From the NCBI GenBank assembly GCA_040005235.1, contig JBDTZG010000023.1, positions 1 to 64,000 of the forward strand: 64,000 nucleotides of DNA, read 5' to 3'. Origin of the DNA: Acidobacteriota bacterium (GTDB taxonomy: Bacteria > Acidobacteriota > Thermoanaerobaculia > Multivoradales > UBA5704). The notes under the pieces were generated by a model, which ran no database searches, was not told the origin of the DNA, and was given only the letters and a program-made list of their open reading frames with translations. A program made the position numbers and the translations under genes. Shown here piece after piece: positions 11,621 to 21,134 of the stretch; within the stretch, counting starts at the first letter, position 1; each line of letters opens with the position of its first letter.

Positions 11621-11660
11621 TGTACGCTTTATTGTACAGATCGATCCCCGGTCCAGTCAA
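11621..11660 (-). promoter_or_regulatory. yefM-yoeB sigma70 promoter with YefM operator
   Basis: -35 TTGACT (11660-11655), 18 nt spacer, -10 TACAAT (11636-11631). TGTACG and TGTACA hexamers at 11621 and 11633 lie 12 bp apart, as in the E. coli yefM operator. Confidence 0.75.
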
Positions 11661-11911
11661 AGAGAACTAGAAGACTGGATCGTTCAAGGCACGCTGTGAA
11701 TCTCTCCCGAATCAAAGTTGAGTCGTCGGGTCGCCTGTGGCGTCCGCGACCGGAGTACCATCAGCGCGCCCATGCCGAGACGGACGGCCGTGGCGGACCC
11801 TTTGCAGGCAGCCAGATCGAGCGTCCGGCTCGTTACTCTAAGGGTATGAGGACGAAGCTCGATCGGCAATTAGAAACCCCTGACCGTACGTCTCTCGCTT
11901 TGGAGAATTCT

Positions 11912-12259
11912 ATGCCTTTGGTCGTACGCGCTTTCCCCATTTTGCCCGGAAAAGAAGAGGATCTTCGCGCTTTTGCGTCCGAGCTGACCGGGGCTCGCCG
12001 CCCTGAGGCGACGGAGTTTTATCGCCAGTTCGGGGTGAGGCACGAGAACTGGCACCTTCAGCAGACGCCGAGCGGGGCCTGGGTGATCGCGATCACCGAT
12101 TTGATCGAGGATCCCCAACTTGCGGCTCAGGCGTATGCCGAGTCCGAGCGCCCGTTCGATCGCTGGTTCAAGGACAAAGTCCTTGAGATCTCGGGCAGCG
12201 ACCCGGACCTGGAACCGCTGGGGCCGCCGACGGAGGCGATTCTAGATTGGAGCGCTTGA
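11912..12259 (+). CDS. Small hypothetical protein (possible dimeric alpha-beta barrel)
   Basis: GGAG RBS. MPLVVRAFPILPGKEE...FDRWFKDKVLEISG has globular composition. Confidence 0.6.
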   Translation: MPLVVRAFPILPGKEEDLRAFASELTGARRPEATEFYRQFGVRHENWHLQQTPSGAWVIAITDLIEDPQLAAQAYAESERPFDRWFKDKVLEISGSDPDLEPLGPPTEAILDWSA

Positions 12260-12287
12260 TCCGTCGGGAACGGTCTATCCAATCGGT

Positions 12288-12701
12288 CTATCCGATCGGC
12301 CGGGGCCGGTCGCGGTCGCGGTCGACGATGCAGAGAAAACCGAGCGGCTCGCCCTGATCCGCGCGGAACTGGTGCGGAGTCTCGGGCGCCACGTAGACGC
12401 AGTCGTGGGGGGCGAGAGAGAACGTCTCATTCCCGAGAATGACGTGTCCACGGCCGGAGAGGACGACTACGGCGTGGGGATGGCCGTGGCGTTCGAGTGT
12501 TGAGAATCCGCCGGGGGCGATCTCGAAATAGCGGGTGAGGAACCCGAGCGCCTCTTCTCCGGCGCCTTCGCCGAGCAGCGTCTGGCGAAGGACACCGCGA
12601 AATGTGCCGTCCTCTTCTTTATAACGGCGCTCGGGAATGCCCTCCCAGCGGAAATCGACGCCGGAAACGACCTTCGAGCCGCCGGTCTCTTCGTCGTTCA
12701 T
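12288..12701 (-). CDS. Cupin, putative methylthio-xylulose-5-phosphate methylsulfurylase
   Basis: FRWEGIPERRYK..RYFEIAPGGFSTLERHGHPHAV...PHQF..EPLGFLCIVDRDRDRP. ATGA overlap with the RLP stop. Confidence 0.75.
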   Translation of the reverse strand: MNDEETGGSKVVSGVDFRWEGIPERRYKEEDGTFRGVLRQTLLGEGAGEEALGFLTRYFEIAPGGFSTLERHGHPHAVVVLSGRGHVILGNETFSLAPHDCVYVAPETPHQFRADQGEPLGFLCIVDRDRDRPRPIG

Positions 12702-13834
12702 CTCAGATCCTCCCGCAGAACCGCCGCGACCAGGGCTGCCGCCTGTTCGAGATCGGGCTGGCTGTAGAGCGCGCTGCCGATCAGGAAGATCGTATCCGGC
12801 CCCATCGCGGCAAGCAGCTCGGGGAGCCGTTCGGCGGCGATGCCCCCGGCGGGTACCGGGAAGGCCGGACGGAGATGCCCAAGCGGCCCGCGCAGATGCT
12901 CGGCCAAGGCGACCGACCGTGCGGCCGGGAAGGGAAATCGGCCCCCTTCGTGGGGGTAGATCACCCCGTCGCAGCCGGCAAGGCGGAACAGGTCGCCGAG
13001 CAGGATCTCGGGTGCGATGCCATGGTCCGGAGCAAAGAACGCCCCGGCGAGCGCCGGGTGGGCCAGCAGGGCAAGCCCCGAGGACCCGGCGATCTCGCGC
13101 ACGGTCTCCAGGCCCAGGCCGAGCGGCGCAACCAGGGCCGCGCGGCAGCCGATCTGTCGCAGGCGCTCGATCCTCTGGGGCAGAGTTGCTGCCGGACCGG
13201 AGAGGGTAGGGACGTAAAGTGCCGAGCCGCCGGTCGCTTGGTTCGCCCGAGTCACCGCCTCTTGGCAGCGAGCGACCCGCTCGGCGAACGGCGAACAGGG
13301 GGGATCGGAGATCCCGTGATCGTCTTTGATCAAATCGGCACCGCCCCGGGCGAGCGCTCCCACCCGCTCGGCCAAATCGGCGGAAGAGAGACCGAGCGGC
13401 TTGGCGGCGCCGCAGAGCAGCGCCCTCCGCTCGCGCGCTCCCGCCAGCTCGCGGAGACCGGCAATCCCGAAGGCCGGACCGGCGAACCGCAACAGCAGCT
13501 CCGCCGGCCATGCGACCGATTCGACGCGGACGCCGGGCTGGAGCGACGCATTGCCAAAGAGCAGAACGAGAAGCTGCGAGAGATCCTCCCCGGCGGCCTC
13601 GGCCGGCAGGGCGATCGTGGCGACCGCCGATCGGGGCTCTCCCGCGACCCGCTCGACGGATTCAACACTTTCTACCCGGCCGAGGAACGGCCGGGCCGAA
13701 GCGGGAACGAGATCCGGCGGCAGCTCGGAGGTTTGCTCGCAAGCCAGGCGCAGCGCACGAGATTCGCCGGACTCTCCTTCCCCGAGGGCGAGGCGATATC
13801 GGACGAGCAGAGGTGCGGATGAGGAGGAGGGCAT
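12698..13834 (-). CDS. rlp: RuBisCO-like protein (form IV, R. rubrum/DeepYkr-like)
   Basis: LFGNASL, AKPLGLS, DLIKDDHG, LAHPALAG, PVPAGG. At 378 aa it is shorter than a true RbcL. Confidence 0.88.
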   Translation of the reverse strand: MPSSSSAPLLVRYRLALGEGESGESRALRLACEQTSELPPDLVPASARPFLGRVESVESVERVAGEPRSAVATIALPAEAAGEDLSQLLVLLFGNASLQPGVRVESVAWPAELLLRFAGPAFGIAGLRELAGARERRALLCGAAKPLGLSSADLAERVGALARGGADLIKDDHGISDPPCSPFAERVARCQEAVTRANQATGGSALYVPTLSGPAATLPQRIERLRQIGCRAALVAPLGLGLETVREIAGSSGLALLAHPALAGAFFAPDHGIAPEILLGDLFRLAGCDGVIYPHEGGRFPFPAARSVALAEHLRGPLGHLRPAFPVPAGGIAAERLPELLAAMGPDTIFLIGSALYSQPDLEQAAALVAAVLREDLR

Positions 13835-13966
13835 GTGTGGCGCTCAGTGTCCCCCGGCCACGCGTTCGCGGTCAAAAGGGTGGAACCCGGAAAGCGCGTG
13901 GGATAACCTTCCCGGCGGCGTGGTCGTGATTCCTCCCGTCGGTACGTTTCCCAACCCAAGGCAACC

Positions 13967-14299
13967 ATGAAGTCGAAACCGATTGCGCGCAACCGCCGGA
14001 CCGTGCCCGAAGAGCCCCCGGCCGGTTGGACCTTCTTCACCAACCACGCCCATGTGCTGTTCGCCATCGCGGCTGATCCGGAGGCCCGCCTGCGCGATCT
14101 CGCGGAACGGGTCGGAATCACCGAGCGCGCCGTGCAGCGCATCCTCGCCGACCTCCAGGTGGAGAAATACGTGACGGTGACCAAGGTGGGTCGGCGCAAC
14201 CGCTACAAGGTCAATCCGCGCCCGCCGCTCCGCCATCCGATCGAACGCCACCGCTCGGTGAAGGCCCTGCTCGAATTCGTCGAAGGCAACGGCCGGTGA
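13967..14299 (+). CDS. Winged-helix (MarR/ArsR-like) regulator
   Basis: WTFFTNHAHVL...RLRDLAERVGITERAVQRILADL...GRRNRY. Confidence 0.85.
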   Translation: MKSKPIARNRRTVPEEPPAGWTFFTNHAHVLFAIAADPEARLRDLAERVGITERAVQRILADLQVEKYVTVTKVGRRNRYKVNPRPPLRHPIERHRSVKALLEFVEGNGR

Positions 14300-14383
14300 A
14301 ACGAGCGATCTTTCGCGAAAACCGAGCCGACGTGAAACTTTTTCGACTTTCGAGTGTCTTGTAGGAAAGAGAGGGATTTGTCG

Positions 14384-14626
14384 ATGCCCCCGTTGGACTC
14401 GCCCCGCTACCCGGATCTGTCGGTTTCGCTTCACTCGCACCACCCGCTCGCCTGGGTGAGCGCGACGCGCTATGCGTTGCGCGGCGCGGGGATCGAGCCG
14501 GCCGAAATCGACCGGTTCACCGCGGAAGCGACCGACGAGGTCGTTGCCGAGCGGCCGGAGGCGGTGCTCACGGTCTGTTCGCGCTGGATTCGGCTGGGAA
14601 ACCGGGGATCAGCCGATATGCTCTAG
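14384..14626 (+). CDS. Small hypothetical protein
   Basis: GAGGG RBS. 80 aa ORF ending 2 nt before ndh. Confidence 0.55.
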   Translation: MPPLDSPRYPDLSVSLHSHHPLAWVSATRYALRGAGIEPAEIDRFTAEATDEVVAERPEAVLTVCSRWIRLGNRGSADML

Positions 14627-14628
14627 GG

Positions 14629-15915
14629 ATGGAAACCTGTCCCAGAGTCGCAATCGTCGGAGCCGGATTCGGCGGTCTTGCCGCCGCCAGGAAGCTGCGC
14701 CGCGCTCCGGTCTCCATCCTTCTGATCGACAAGAACAACTTCCACACCTTCCAACCGCTGCTCTACCAGGTGGCGACCGCGGGCCTCGAACCCTCCGAGA
14801 TCGCCCACGCGGTGCGCGGCATCTTCCACTCGCAGAAGAATTTCGACTTCCGGCTCGGCGAGGTGACCGGGATCGATCTGGCTGCTCGGACGCTGTCGTT
14901 TTCGAACGGCACGCCGGTCTCCTGGGATTACCTGATCCTGTCGCCCGGTGCCACCAACAACGATTTCGGCATTCCGGGCGTCGCCGAGCACGCGATCTTT
15001 TTAAAGACCCTGCAAGAGGCGCTCGCTCTGCGCAACCACGTGATCGAGCAGTTCGAGGCGGCGAACGTCGATCCTTCTCTGGTCGAGCAGGGGGTTCTCA
15101 ATTTCGTCCTGATCGGCGGCGGGGCGACCGGCGTCGAAATGGCCGGGGCGCTGATCGAGCTGATCGGCCAAGTGCTGCGCCGGGATTATCCGCACCTGCC
15201 GGTCGATCTCGCGAAGATCATCTTGGTCGAGCGTTCGCCCGAGCTCTTGACGCCGTTTCATCCGAAATCGCAACGCCATGCCCTCGCGGTCCTGCGCGAG
15301 CGGGGGGTGGATGTGCGTTTGAACGAATCCATCGTCTCAGCGTCGGCCGAGGGGGTGAAGCTGGGAAGCGGCGCGGAGATCCGCAGCCGCTCGGTGATCT
15401 GGACCGCCGGGATCAAGGCGATGCCGTTTGCCGAGTTGCTCGGGATCGCGCCCGGCCGGGGCGGGCGGCTTGCCGTCGAGCCGGACCTTTCGCTGCCGGG
15501 TCACCCGGAAGTTTTCGCGATCGGCGATCTCGCAGGCACCCTGGATGCGCAAGGCAAGCAAATGCCGCAGATCGCCCAGGTGGCGATCCAAGGGGGACAT
15601 CACGCCGCGTGCCAGATCGCCCGCCGGATCGCGGGGAAGGCGTCCGAGCCGTTCCGTTACTTCAACCCGGGGGTGATGGCCACCATCGGCCGGAACGCTG
15701 CGGTGGCCGAGCTTCCCGGCGGGCTCCGCTTCACCGGCCGGCTCGGTTGGCTGATGTGGCTGTTCCTCCATCTCATGTATCTGGTCGGTTTCCGCAACCG
15801 GTTGAGCGTGTTCATCAACTGGACCTGGAGCTACTTCACTTGGGACCGGAGCGCGCGGCTGATCCTCGAACCGGAGGGGCGGAAAGCGACACCCTCCTCC
15901 AACCCGCCCGTATAG
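14629..15915 (+). CDS. ndh: Type II NADH dehydrogenase
   Basis: IVGAGFGG, FQPLLYQVATAGL, GGGATGVEMAG, FAIGD, QVAIQGG, LHLMYLVGFRNR. Confidence 0.93.
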   Translation: METCPRVAIVGAGFGGLAAARKLRRAPVSILLIDKNNFHTFQPLLYQVATAGLEPSEIAHAVRGIFHSQKNFDFRLGEVTGIDLAARTLSFSNGTPVSWDYLILSPGATNNDFGIPGVAEHAIFLKTLQEALALRNHVIEQFEAANVDPSLVEQGVLNFVLIGGGATGVEMAGALIELIGQVLRRDYPHLPVDLAKIILVERSPELLTPFHPKSQRHALAVLRERGVDVRLNESIVSASAEGVKLGSGAEIRSRSVIWTAGIKAMPFAELLGIAPGRGGRLAVEPDLSLPGHPEVFAIGDLAGTLDAQGKQMPQIAQVAIQGGHHAACQIARRIAGKASEPFRYFNPGVMATIGRNAAVAELPGGLRFTGRLGWLMWLFLHLMYLVGFRNRLSVFINWTWSYFTWDRSARLILEPEGRKATPSSNPPV

Positions 15916-15927
15916 GATTCGCGGTCG

Positions 15928-18147
15928 ATGCCCCCGCGACCCTCCTCATCCCCCAAGCGTTCTCAGAAGAATCCGGGCGCTCGGCCCGAGACGTTCCCGT
16001 CTCGACCGGCAGCGGGAGCCTCTCCCTCGCCTGCTCCCGCCTGGCGCCGCGCCCTGCCTGCGGCGCTGCTTCTCGCGATCACCCTCTTGGCCTATCTGCC
16101 GGTTGTCCGCGCGGGATTCATCTGGGATGACGACGATTACGTGACTCAAAACGCCCTGCTCCAGCAGCCGGGCGGCCTGGGCAGAATCTGGACCGAAGTG
16201 GGGGCGACGCCCCAGTACTACCCGCTGGTCTTCACCACGTTCTGGATCGAAAACCAGCTTTGGGGACTTGAAGCCGCCGGCTATCACCTGACCAACGTCC
16301 TGCTCCATGCGCTCGCCGCGATCCTGCTCTGGCGGGTTCTGGTCCGGCTGCGCATTCCGGGGGCGTTGCTCGCGGGCGCCTTGTTCGCGGTTCATCCGAT
16401 CCACGTCGAATCGGTCGTCTGGATCACCGAGCGGAAGAACGTCCTGTCCGCCGTCTGCTTTCTCGCGGCGCTGCTGCTGTTCTTCCGCTCCCGGCCGCCG
16501 GGCGAGCCCTCGCCGGGGTGGCGCAGGCGGCCGGGAACCGACTACGGGCTCGCGCTGCTTGCGTTCACCGCCGCGCTGCTCGCCAAGACCGTCGCGGTTT
16601 CGCTGCCGGTGGTGATCCTGGTGATCGACACTTGGAAATCGCGTCGGGTGCGCGCGAGCACCTGGATTCCGACCGTGCCGCTGTTCGCGCTCGGCCTCGC
16701 CTTCGCCCGGATCACCGCGAATCTGGAGCGGAGCAAAGTCGGCGCGGAAGGGGAGGCTTGGGACCTCTCGCTCATCGAGCGCGGCTTGGTGGCCGGACGG
16801 GCGCTGTGGCAGTACCTGGGCAAGCTGCTTTGGCCGCACCCGTTGATCTTCATCTATCCCCGCTGGCGGATCGACGCGCACGATGCTGTCCAATGGCTGT
16901 TCCCGCTCTCCGCACTCGCCGTCTTCGTGGCCCTTTGGAGTTTGAGGAAGCGGATCGGCGGCGGACCGCTCGCCGCGACGCTTTGCTACGGCGCGATGAT
17001 CTTTCCCGCGCTCGGATTCGTGAACGTCTTCCCGATGCTGTTTTCCTGGGTGGCCGATCACTTCCTCTATCTGGCGTCGGCTCCACTTTTGGCGCTCTTT
17101 GCCGCCCTCGCGACAGGCGCGGTGGCCCAGACGAGCGAAGGCGCGGGCCGGAGAGGGCTCCGCATCGCCGGGCAGGTTGCGGCCTCGGCCGTAGTGGTTC
17201 TGCTCGCCGTGCTCACCTGGCGCCAGATTCCGATGTACCGCGACGTCGACACCCTTTGGCGGACGACGATCGAGAGGAACCCCACGGCCTGGATCGCCTA
17301 CAACAATCTGGGGGTCGCTCAAGTCGCCGCCGGACGGACTGACGAGGCGATCGAAAACTACAAGCAAGCGCTGGCGCTTCACCCCCAGTTTTTCCAGGCG
17401 ACCTCGAATTTGGCGGAGCTCTATCTCGCCCAGGGCCGGGCGGACCTCGCCGAGCCGCTCTACGAAAAGCTGGTGGTGATCGCGCCGGGCAACGCGGTCG
17501 GCCAATATCAGCTGGGCGCCGCGCGGCTGCGCCAGGGCCGGACGGCCGAGGCGGTCGATCGGTTCGAGCGGGCGTTGAGCCTCAACCCAGGGCTCGCGGC
17601 GGCCCAAGCCCGGCTGGGCGACATGGCGCTTTCCCGCGGCGATTGGAACGAGGCGATCTCGCGCTATGCCGAGGCGGTCCGCCGGGAGCCGGGCGATGGT
17701 CGGACGCTGTTTTTGGAGAGCTTCGCGTTCACCGCCGCGGGGCGCGGAGCGGAGGCGGTCGCGAGCCTGCGTCAGGCGCTCTTCACGGAGCCCGACAACC
17801 CGGTGACGCTCGCCCGGCTCGCCCGGCTGCTCTCCGCCTGGTCCGACCCAAGCTTGAGAAACGGCGCCGAAGCGGTCCAACTGGCGGAGCGCGCGGCCCT
17901 GATCACCCACCGGGAGAACGGCACGATCCTCGACGCCCTGGCTGCGGCCTATGCCGAGACGGGAGATTTCGCCCGTGCCGCAGCGACCGCGGGGCGGGCG
18001 GCGGAGATTGCCCGCTCGCGCGGCAGGGTCGAAGCGGAGCGCCTGTTTTCGAGCCACGCCCTGCGCTTCGCGAACCGGATGCCGCTACGGATCGACGCCG
18101 AGCCTCCGCCGCCTGATCTGCTGGCGGAAGTGGCGGGCGGCACCTAA
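15928..18147 (+). CDS. TMTC-like GT-C protein glycosyltransferase with C-terminal TPRs
   Basis: FIWDDDDYV, YYPLVFTTFWIE, HPIHVESVVWITERKNVL, LAKT, ADHFLYL. Multi-TM region followed by TPRs. Confidence 0.8.
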   Translation: MPPRPSSSPKRSQKNPGARPETFPSRPAAGASPSPAPAWRRALPAALLLAITLLAYLPVVRAGFIWDDDDYVTQNALLQQPGGLGRIWTEVGATPQYYPLVFTTFWIENQLWGLEAAGYHLTNVLLHALAAILLWRVLVRLRIPGALLAGALFAVHPIHVESVVWITERKNVLSAVCFLAALLLFFRSRPPGEPSPGWRRRPGTDYGLALLAFTAALLAKTVAVSLPVVILVIDTWKSRRVRASTWIPTVPLFALGLAFARITANLERSKVGAEGEAWDLSLIERGLVAGRALWQYLGKLLWPHPLIFIYPRWRIDAHDAVQWLFPLSALAVFVALWSLRKRIGGGPLAATLCYGAMIFPALGFVNVFPMLFSWVADHFLYLASAPLLALFAALATGAVAQTSEGAGRRGLRIAGQVAASAVVVLLAVLTWRQIPMYRDVDTLWRTTIERNPTAWIAYNNLGVAQVAAGRTDEAIENYKQALALHPQFFQATSNLAELYLAQGRADLAEPLYEKLVVIAPGNAVGQYQLGAARLRQGRTAEAVDRFERALSLNPGLAAAQARLGDMALSRGDWNEAISRYAEAVRREPGDGRTLFLESFAFTAAGRGAEAVASLRQALFTEPDNPVTLARLARLLSAWSDPSLRNGAEAVQLAERAALITHRENGTILDALAAAYAETGDFARAAATAGRAAEIARSRGRVEAERLFSSHALRFANRMPLRIDAEPPPPDLLAEVAGGT

Positions 18148-18188
18148 AGCCCAGGGCGCACGTCCCTAGGCCTCCGCAAATCCTCGGC

Positions 18189-19298
18189 TTAGCCGAAAAA
18201 CCCCATCACCGCGTCGGCGACCGCATCCACCTCGTCGTCGGTCAGCTCCGGGAAGATCGGCAGGCAGAGCACCTGGCGGCCGGCGAGGGCCGCGACGGGC
18301 AGATCCGGCATGGGACTGTTCGCAAAGCGTTCAGCGAACGCCGGCTGGTGGTGGAGCGGCGAAGGGTAGTGAACCGAGGCACCGATGCCGCTCTTGCCCA
18401 GGTGGGCGAGCAGATCGTCGCGCCGCTCGGTGCGCAGGGTAAATTGGTGGTAGACCGATTCGACCTCCGGCCGGTCGGGCGGCAGCGCCAAGTCGCCGAC
18501 GCCGGAGAACCGCTCGGTGTAGCGCGCGGCGATCGCGCGGCGGCGTGCGTTGTCCTCGTCGAGCAGGGCGAGCCGGCAGTTGAGCACCGCCGCTTGAAGA
18601 GAATCCAACCGGCTGTTGGTGCCGATCTCCAGGTGGGTATAACGCTCGGCCTGGCCGTGATTGCCCTGGCGGCGGGTTTTTTCGACCAGGACGGGCTCGT
18701 TGCCGGTCACCGCTCCGCCGTCGCCGAAACCGCCGAGGTTTTTGGTCGGATAAAAGCTCCAGGCGGCGATCCGCCCGAATCCGCCCACCCGCTTGCCCCG
18801 CCATTTGGCGCCGTGCGCCTGGGCGGCGTCTTCCATCAGCCAAAGGCCGTGACGCCCGCAGACGCGGCAGATCGCGTCGACGTCGAACGGCCGGCCATAG
18901 AGATGGACGCCGATCATGCCGACGGTCCGGTCGGTGATCCGCGCTTTGGCGTCTTCGGCCGAAATGTTGAGCGTCTCGGGATCGACGTCGACGAAGATCG
19001 GAGTTCCCCCGACCAGGGCGACCGCTTCGGCGGTGGCGAAGAAACTGAAGGCGGGGACCAGCACCTCGTCGCCCGGCTTCACCCCCAGCACTCGAAGCGG
19101 CAGGATCAGCGCATCGGTTCCGTTCGCGAGGCCGGCGCACGCGTCGACTCCGAGATAATCGGCGAACCCCTGTTCGAATTCCTTCACCTCGCGACCGAGG
19201 ATGAAGCTGGTGGTATCGAGAATTTCCTTCCACCGCCGGTCCAGCTCGGGCTGGAGGCGAGCGACGGTTCGGGTGAGGTCGAGGAAAGGCACTTTCAT
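18189..19298 (-). CDS. DegT/DnrJ/EryC1/StrS nucleotide-sugar aminotransferase
   Basis: NGTDAL, VHLYG, EDAAQAHG, SFYPTKNLG (PLP lysine), NSRLD. Confidence 0.93.
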   Translation of the reverse strand: MKVPFLDLTRTVARLQPELDRRWKEILDTTSFILGREVKEFEQGFADYLGVDACAGLANGTDALILPLRVLGVKPGDEVLVPAFSFFATAEAVALVGGTPIFVDVDPETLNISAEDAKARITDRTVGMIGVHLYGRPFDVDAICRVCGRHGLWLMEDAAQAHGAKWRGKRVGGFGRIAAWSFYPTKNLGGFGDGGAVTGNEPVLVEKTRRQGNHGQAERYTHLEIGTNSRLDSLQAAVLNCRLALLDEDNARRRAIAARYTERFSGVGDLALPPDRPEVESVYHQFTLRTERRDDLLAHLGKSGIGASVHYPSPLHHQPAFAERFANSPMPDLPVAALAGRQVLCLPIFPELTDDEVDAVADAVMGFFG

Positions 19299-21079
19299 CG
19301 AGGGGTGGTCTCCGAGGCGGTGGGAGTCGCCGAAGGGTTGGATTCTTGGGGGACCGGCGCAGGGCCGCCGATTTCGCCGCCCGGTTCGGGATCGCCCGGC
19401 AGGCGGCGGAGCGGAGCGTCGTTCCACGGCGTCGCCCAGAGGCCCAGCCGGTCGTCGCCCATGGTGATGTTGTTGACGATTTCCAAAGAGGCGACCAGGC
19501 GGAAGCGCGGGTCGCGACCCACCACCGGGAACCAGGAGGGAAAGACGATCACGTAATCGGGTCGGCGGCGCTCGATCGCAAGCAGCATCGACGACTCGAA
19601 GTTGAGCCCTTTTTTCATCTCCGTCGCCGCCTCCACCCGGATTTCCGGGTTGGCGATGCCGACCAGATCGATCACGCGGTTGGGGAGGAAGAACTTGACG
19701 GCCCCGATGTCGTTGACCGCGAGCACCGCATCGGGCGGCAGGCGGGGGCCGAGCCAGCGGGCGATGCGGACGTCGCTATCCTGAACATTGGCGACGTTTT
19801 GGGCATAGAGCAGCGAGCCGCGCCAGAGGCCGGAGAGCGTCGGCCAGACGAGCAGGGCGAGCAGGATGGCGCGCAGCGGCAGACTCGATCCCGTCGCGGA
19901 ATCTCCCAGGCCGATCCGCGCGCCAAGCGCTGTGGCGGCGCGTTCGAGCCCAACCAACCCGAGGACGATCACGATCGGCATCAACGGAAAGTAATAGCGG
20001 CCGAAATTACCCGCGAGCAGGCCGCGGCCGGTCGGGCTGATCGTCGAGTAGGCGAGCGGCAGAGCGATCAGCCAGAGCGCGGGCAGCAGGCCGCGATCGC
20101 GGCGGGTTCCCAATCGCTCGACCAGGGCGAGCACGCCCGCTCCGGCGAGCAGCGTCAGCCAGGGCACCGCGCGAAAGACGATCGAGAGGATCGCAGCGGC
20201 GTATTGAGCGTCGGGGACCAGTCCGTGAAGGTCGGCGCCCTTCGCCGTGAACGTCGTGGGCAGGAAATGACCGCCGACGATCTTGTAGAAAAGGAGCGGG
20301 CCGACCAGGGCGCAGAGCGCGAGCGGCAAGCCGATCGCCACCGGCCGCCAAGGGGGCAGGCGCCAGACCAAAGCGCCATTCTCGACGGCACTCGATCCGT
20401 CGTCGAGCCGCTCTTCCGGAGCCCGACGGTCGAACCCGACCCACAGCCGATCGAGCACCGCGAGCACCAGGAGTAGGGCGCCCTCCGGCCGGGCGAGGAT
20501 CGCGAGGCCGAAGATTCCCAGCGAGAGCGGCGGACGCCCCGGATCGCAGCGCTCGCGCAGGTGGAGAACCATGCCGCCGACGCTCAAGAGAATGAACAGC
20601 GGCACCTCCATCCCGGAGAGCGCCGACCAGACCAACCAAGAGGTCGCCGCGGCAAAGCCGGTCGCAACAGAGGCGCCGGCCTCCGACAGGTCGAGCTCCC
20701 GCCCGAGACTCCAGATGGCACGCAATCCCGCCAGATGGATCGCGACCCCTAGCGCCTGGGTCCACAGGACGACGTTGCCGGGAAGATAAAGCAGAAGGGA
20801 CAGGAGCGCCGTCCAAAGCGGCGCCGTCGAACCGGTCACCCGCTCGGCGGCGTTGTAGGAAAGGCCGTTGCCGTGCGCCAGGTTTTTCGCGAACTGCAGA
20901 TGGATCCAGCTGTCGTCGAGCGGAAATCCGAAGTCTCCCGAGAGGACGGACGCCTCGACGCCGAAATAGAACAGGCAGATCAGAAAGCCGACGACGAGCA
21001 GCCACAAGGGCATTTTCGTTGGGCGCGGAGCGGCCTTAAGACCCTGCGGCGGCGAAGGGGACGTCTCTGGGTTCGGCAT
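19295..21079 (-). CDS. Polytopic GT-C-type glycosyltransferase-like membrane protein
   Basis: LDDSWIHLQFAKNLAHGNG...TGSTAPLW, SGMEVPL, ARPEG, RYYFP, DIGAV, DLVGIANP. ATGA-coupled to DegT. Confidence 0.65.
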   Translation of the reverse strand: MPNPETSPSPPQGLKAAPRPTKMPLWLLVVGFLICLFYFGVEASVLSGDFGFPLDDSWIHLQFAKNLAHGNGLSYNAAERVTGSTAPLWTALLSLLLYLPGNVVLWTQALGVAIHLAGLRAIWSLGRELDLSEAGASVATGFAAATSWLVWSALSGMEVPLFILLSVGGMVLHLRERCDPGRPPLSLGIFGLAILARPEGALLLVLAVLDRLWVGFDRRAPEERLDDGSSAVENGALVWRLPPWRPVAIGLPLALCALVGPLLFYKIVGGHFLPTTFTAKGADLHGLVPDAQYAAAILSIVFRAVPWLTLLAGAGVLALVERLGTRRDRGLLPALWLIALPLAYSTISPTGRGLLAGNFGRYYFPLMPIVIVLGLVGLERAATALGARIGLGDSATGSSLPLRAILLALLVWPTLSGLWRGSLLYAQNVANVQDSDVRIARWLGPRLPPDAVLAVNDIGAVKFFLPNRVIDLVGIANPEIRVEAATEMKKGLNFESSMLLAIERRRPDYVIVFPSWFPVVGRDPRFRLVASLEIVNNITMGDDRLGLWATPWNDAPLRRLPGDPEPGGEIGGPAPVPQESNPSATPTASETTPR

Positions 21080-21134
21080 CAACGATCGGCTTTCATCGAA
21101 GGCGGGAAGCATACACAAGGTCCCGGCGGCGACT

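Noticed and set aside
11660-11911. Intergenic stretch upstream of yefM as a possible IS remnant or ncRNA
   Set aside because: Only a short inverted repeat (CCAGTC/GACTGG), with no transposase similarity or recognisable RNA motif.
12698-13834. RuBisCO for carbon fixation
   Set aside because: KDDH rather than KDDE, short length, and no rbcS or prk nearby. It is a form IV RLP.
18148-18170. AGCCCAGGG...CCCTAGG hairpin similar to the 52256 REP-like element
   Set aside because: Too short and degenerate. It may simply be a terminator between convergent genes.
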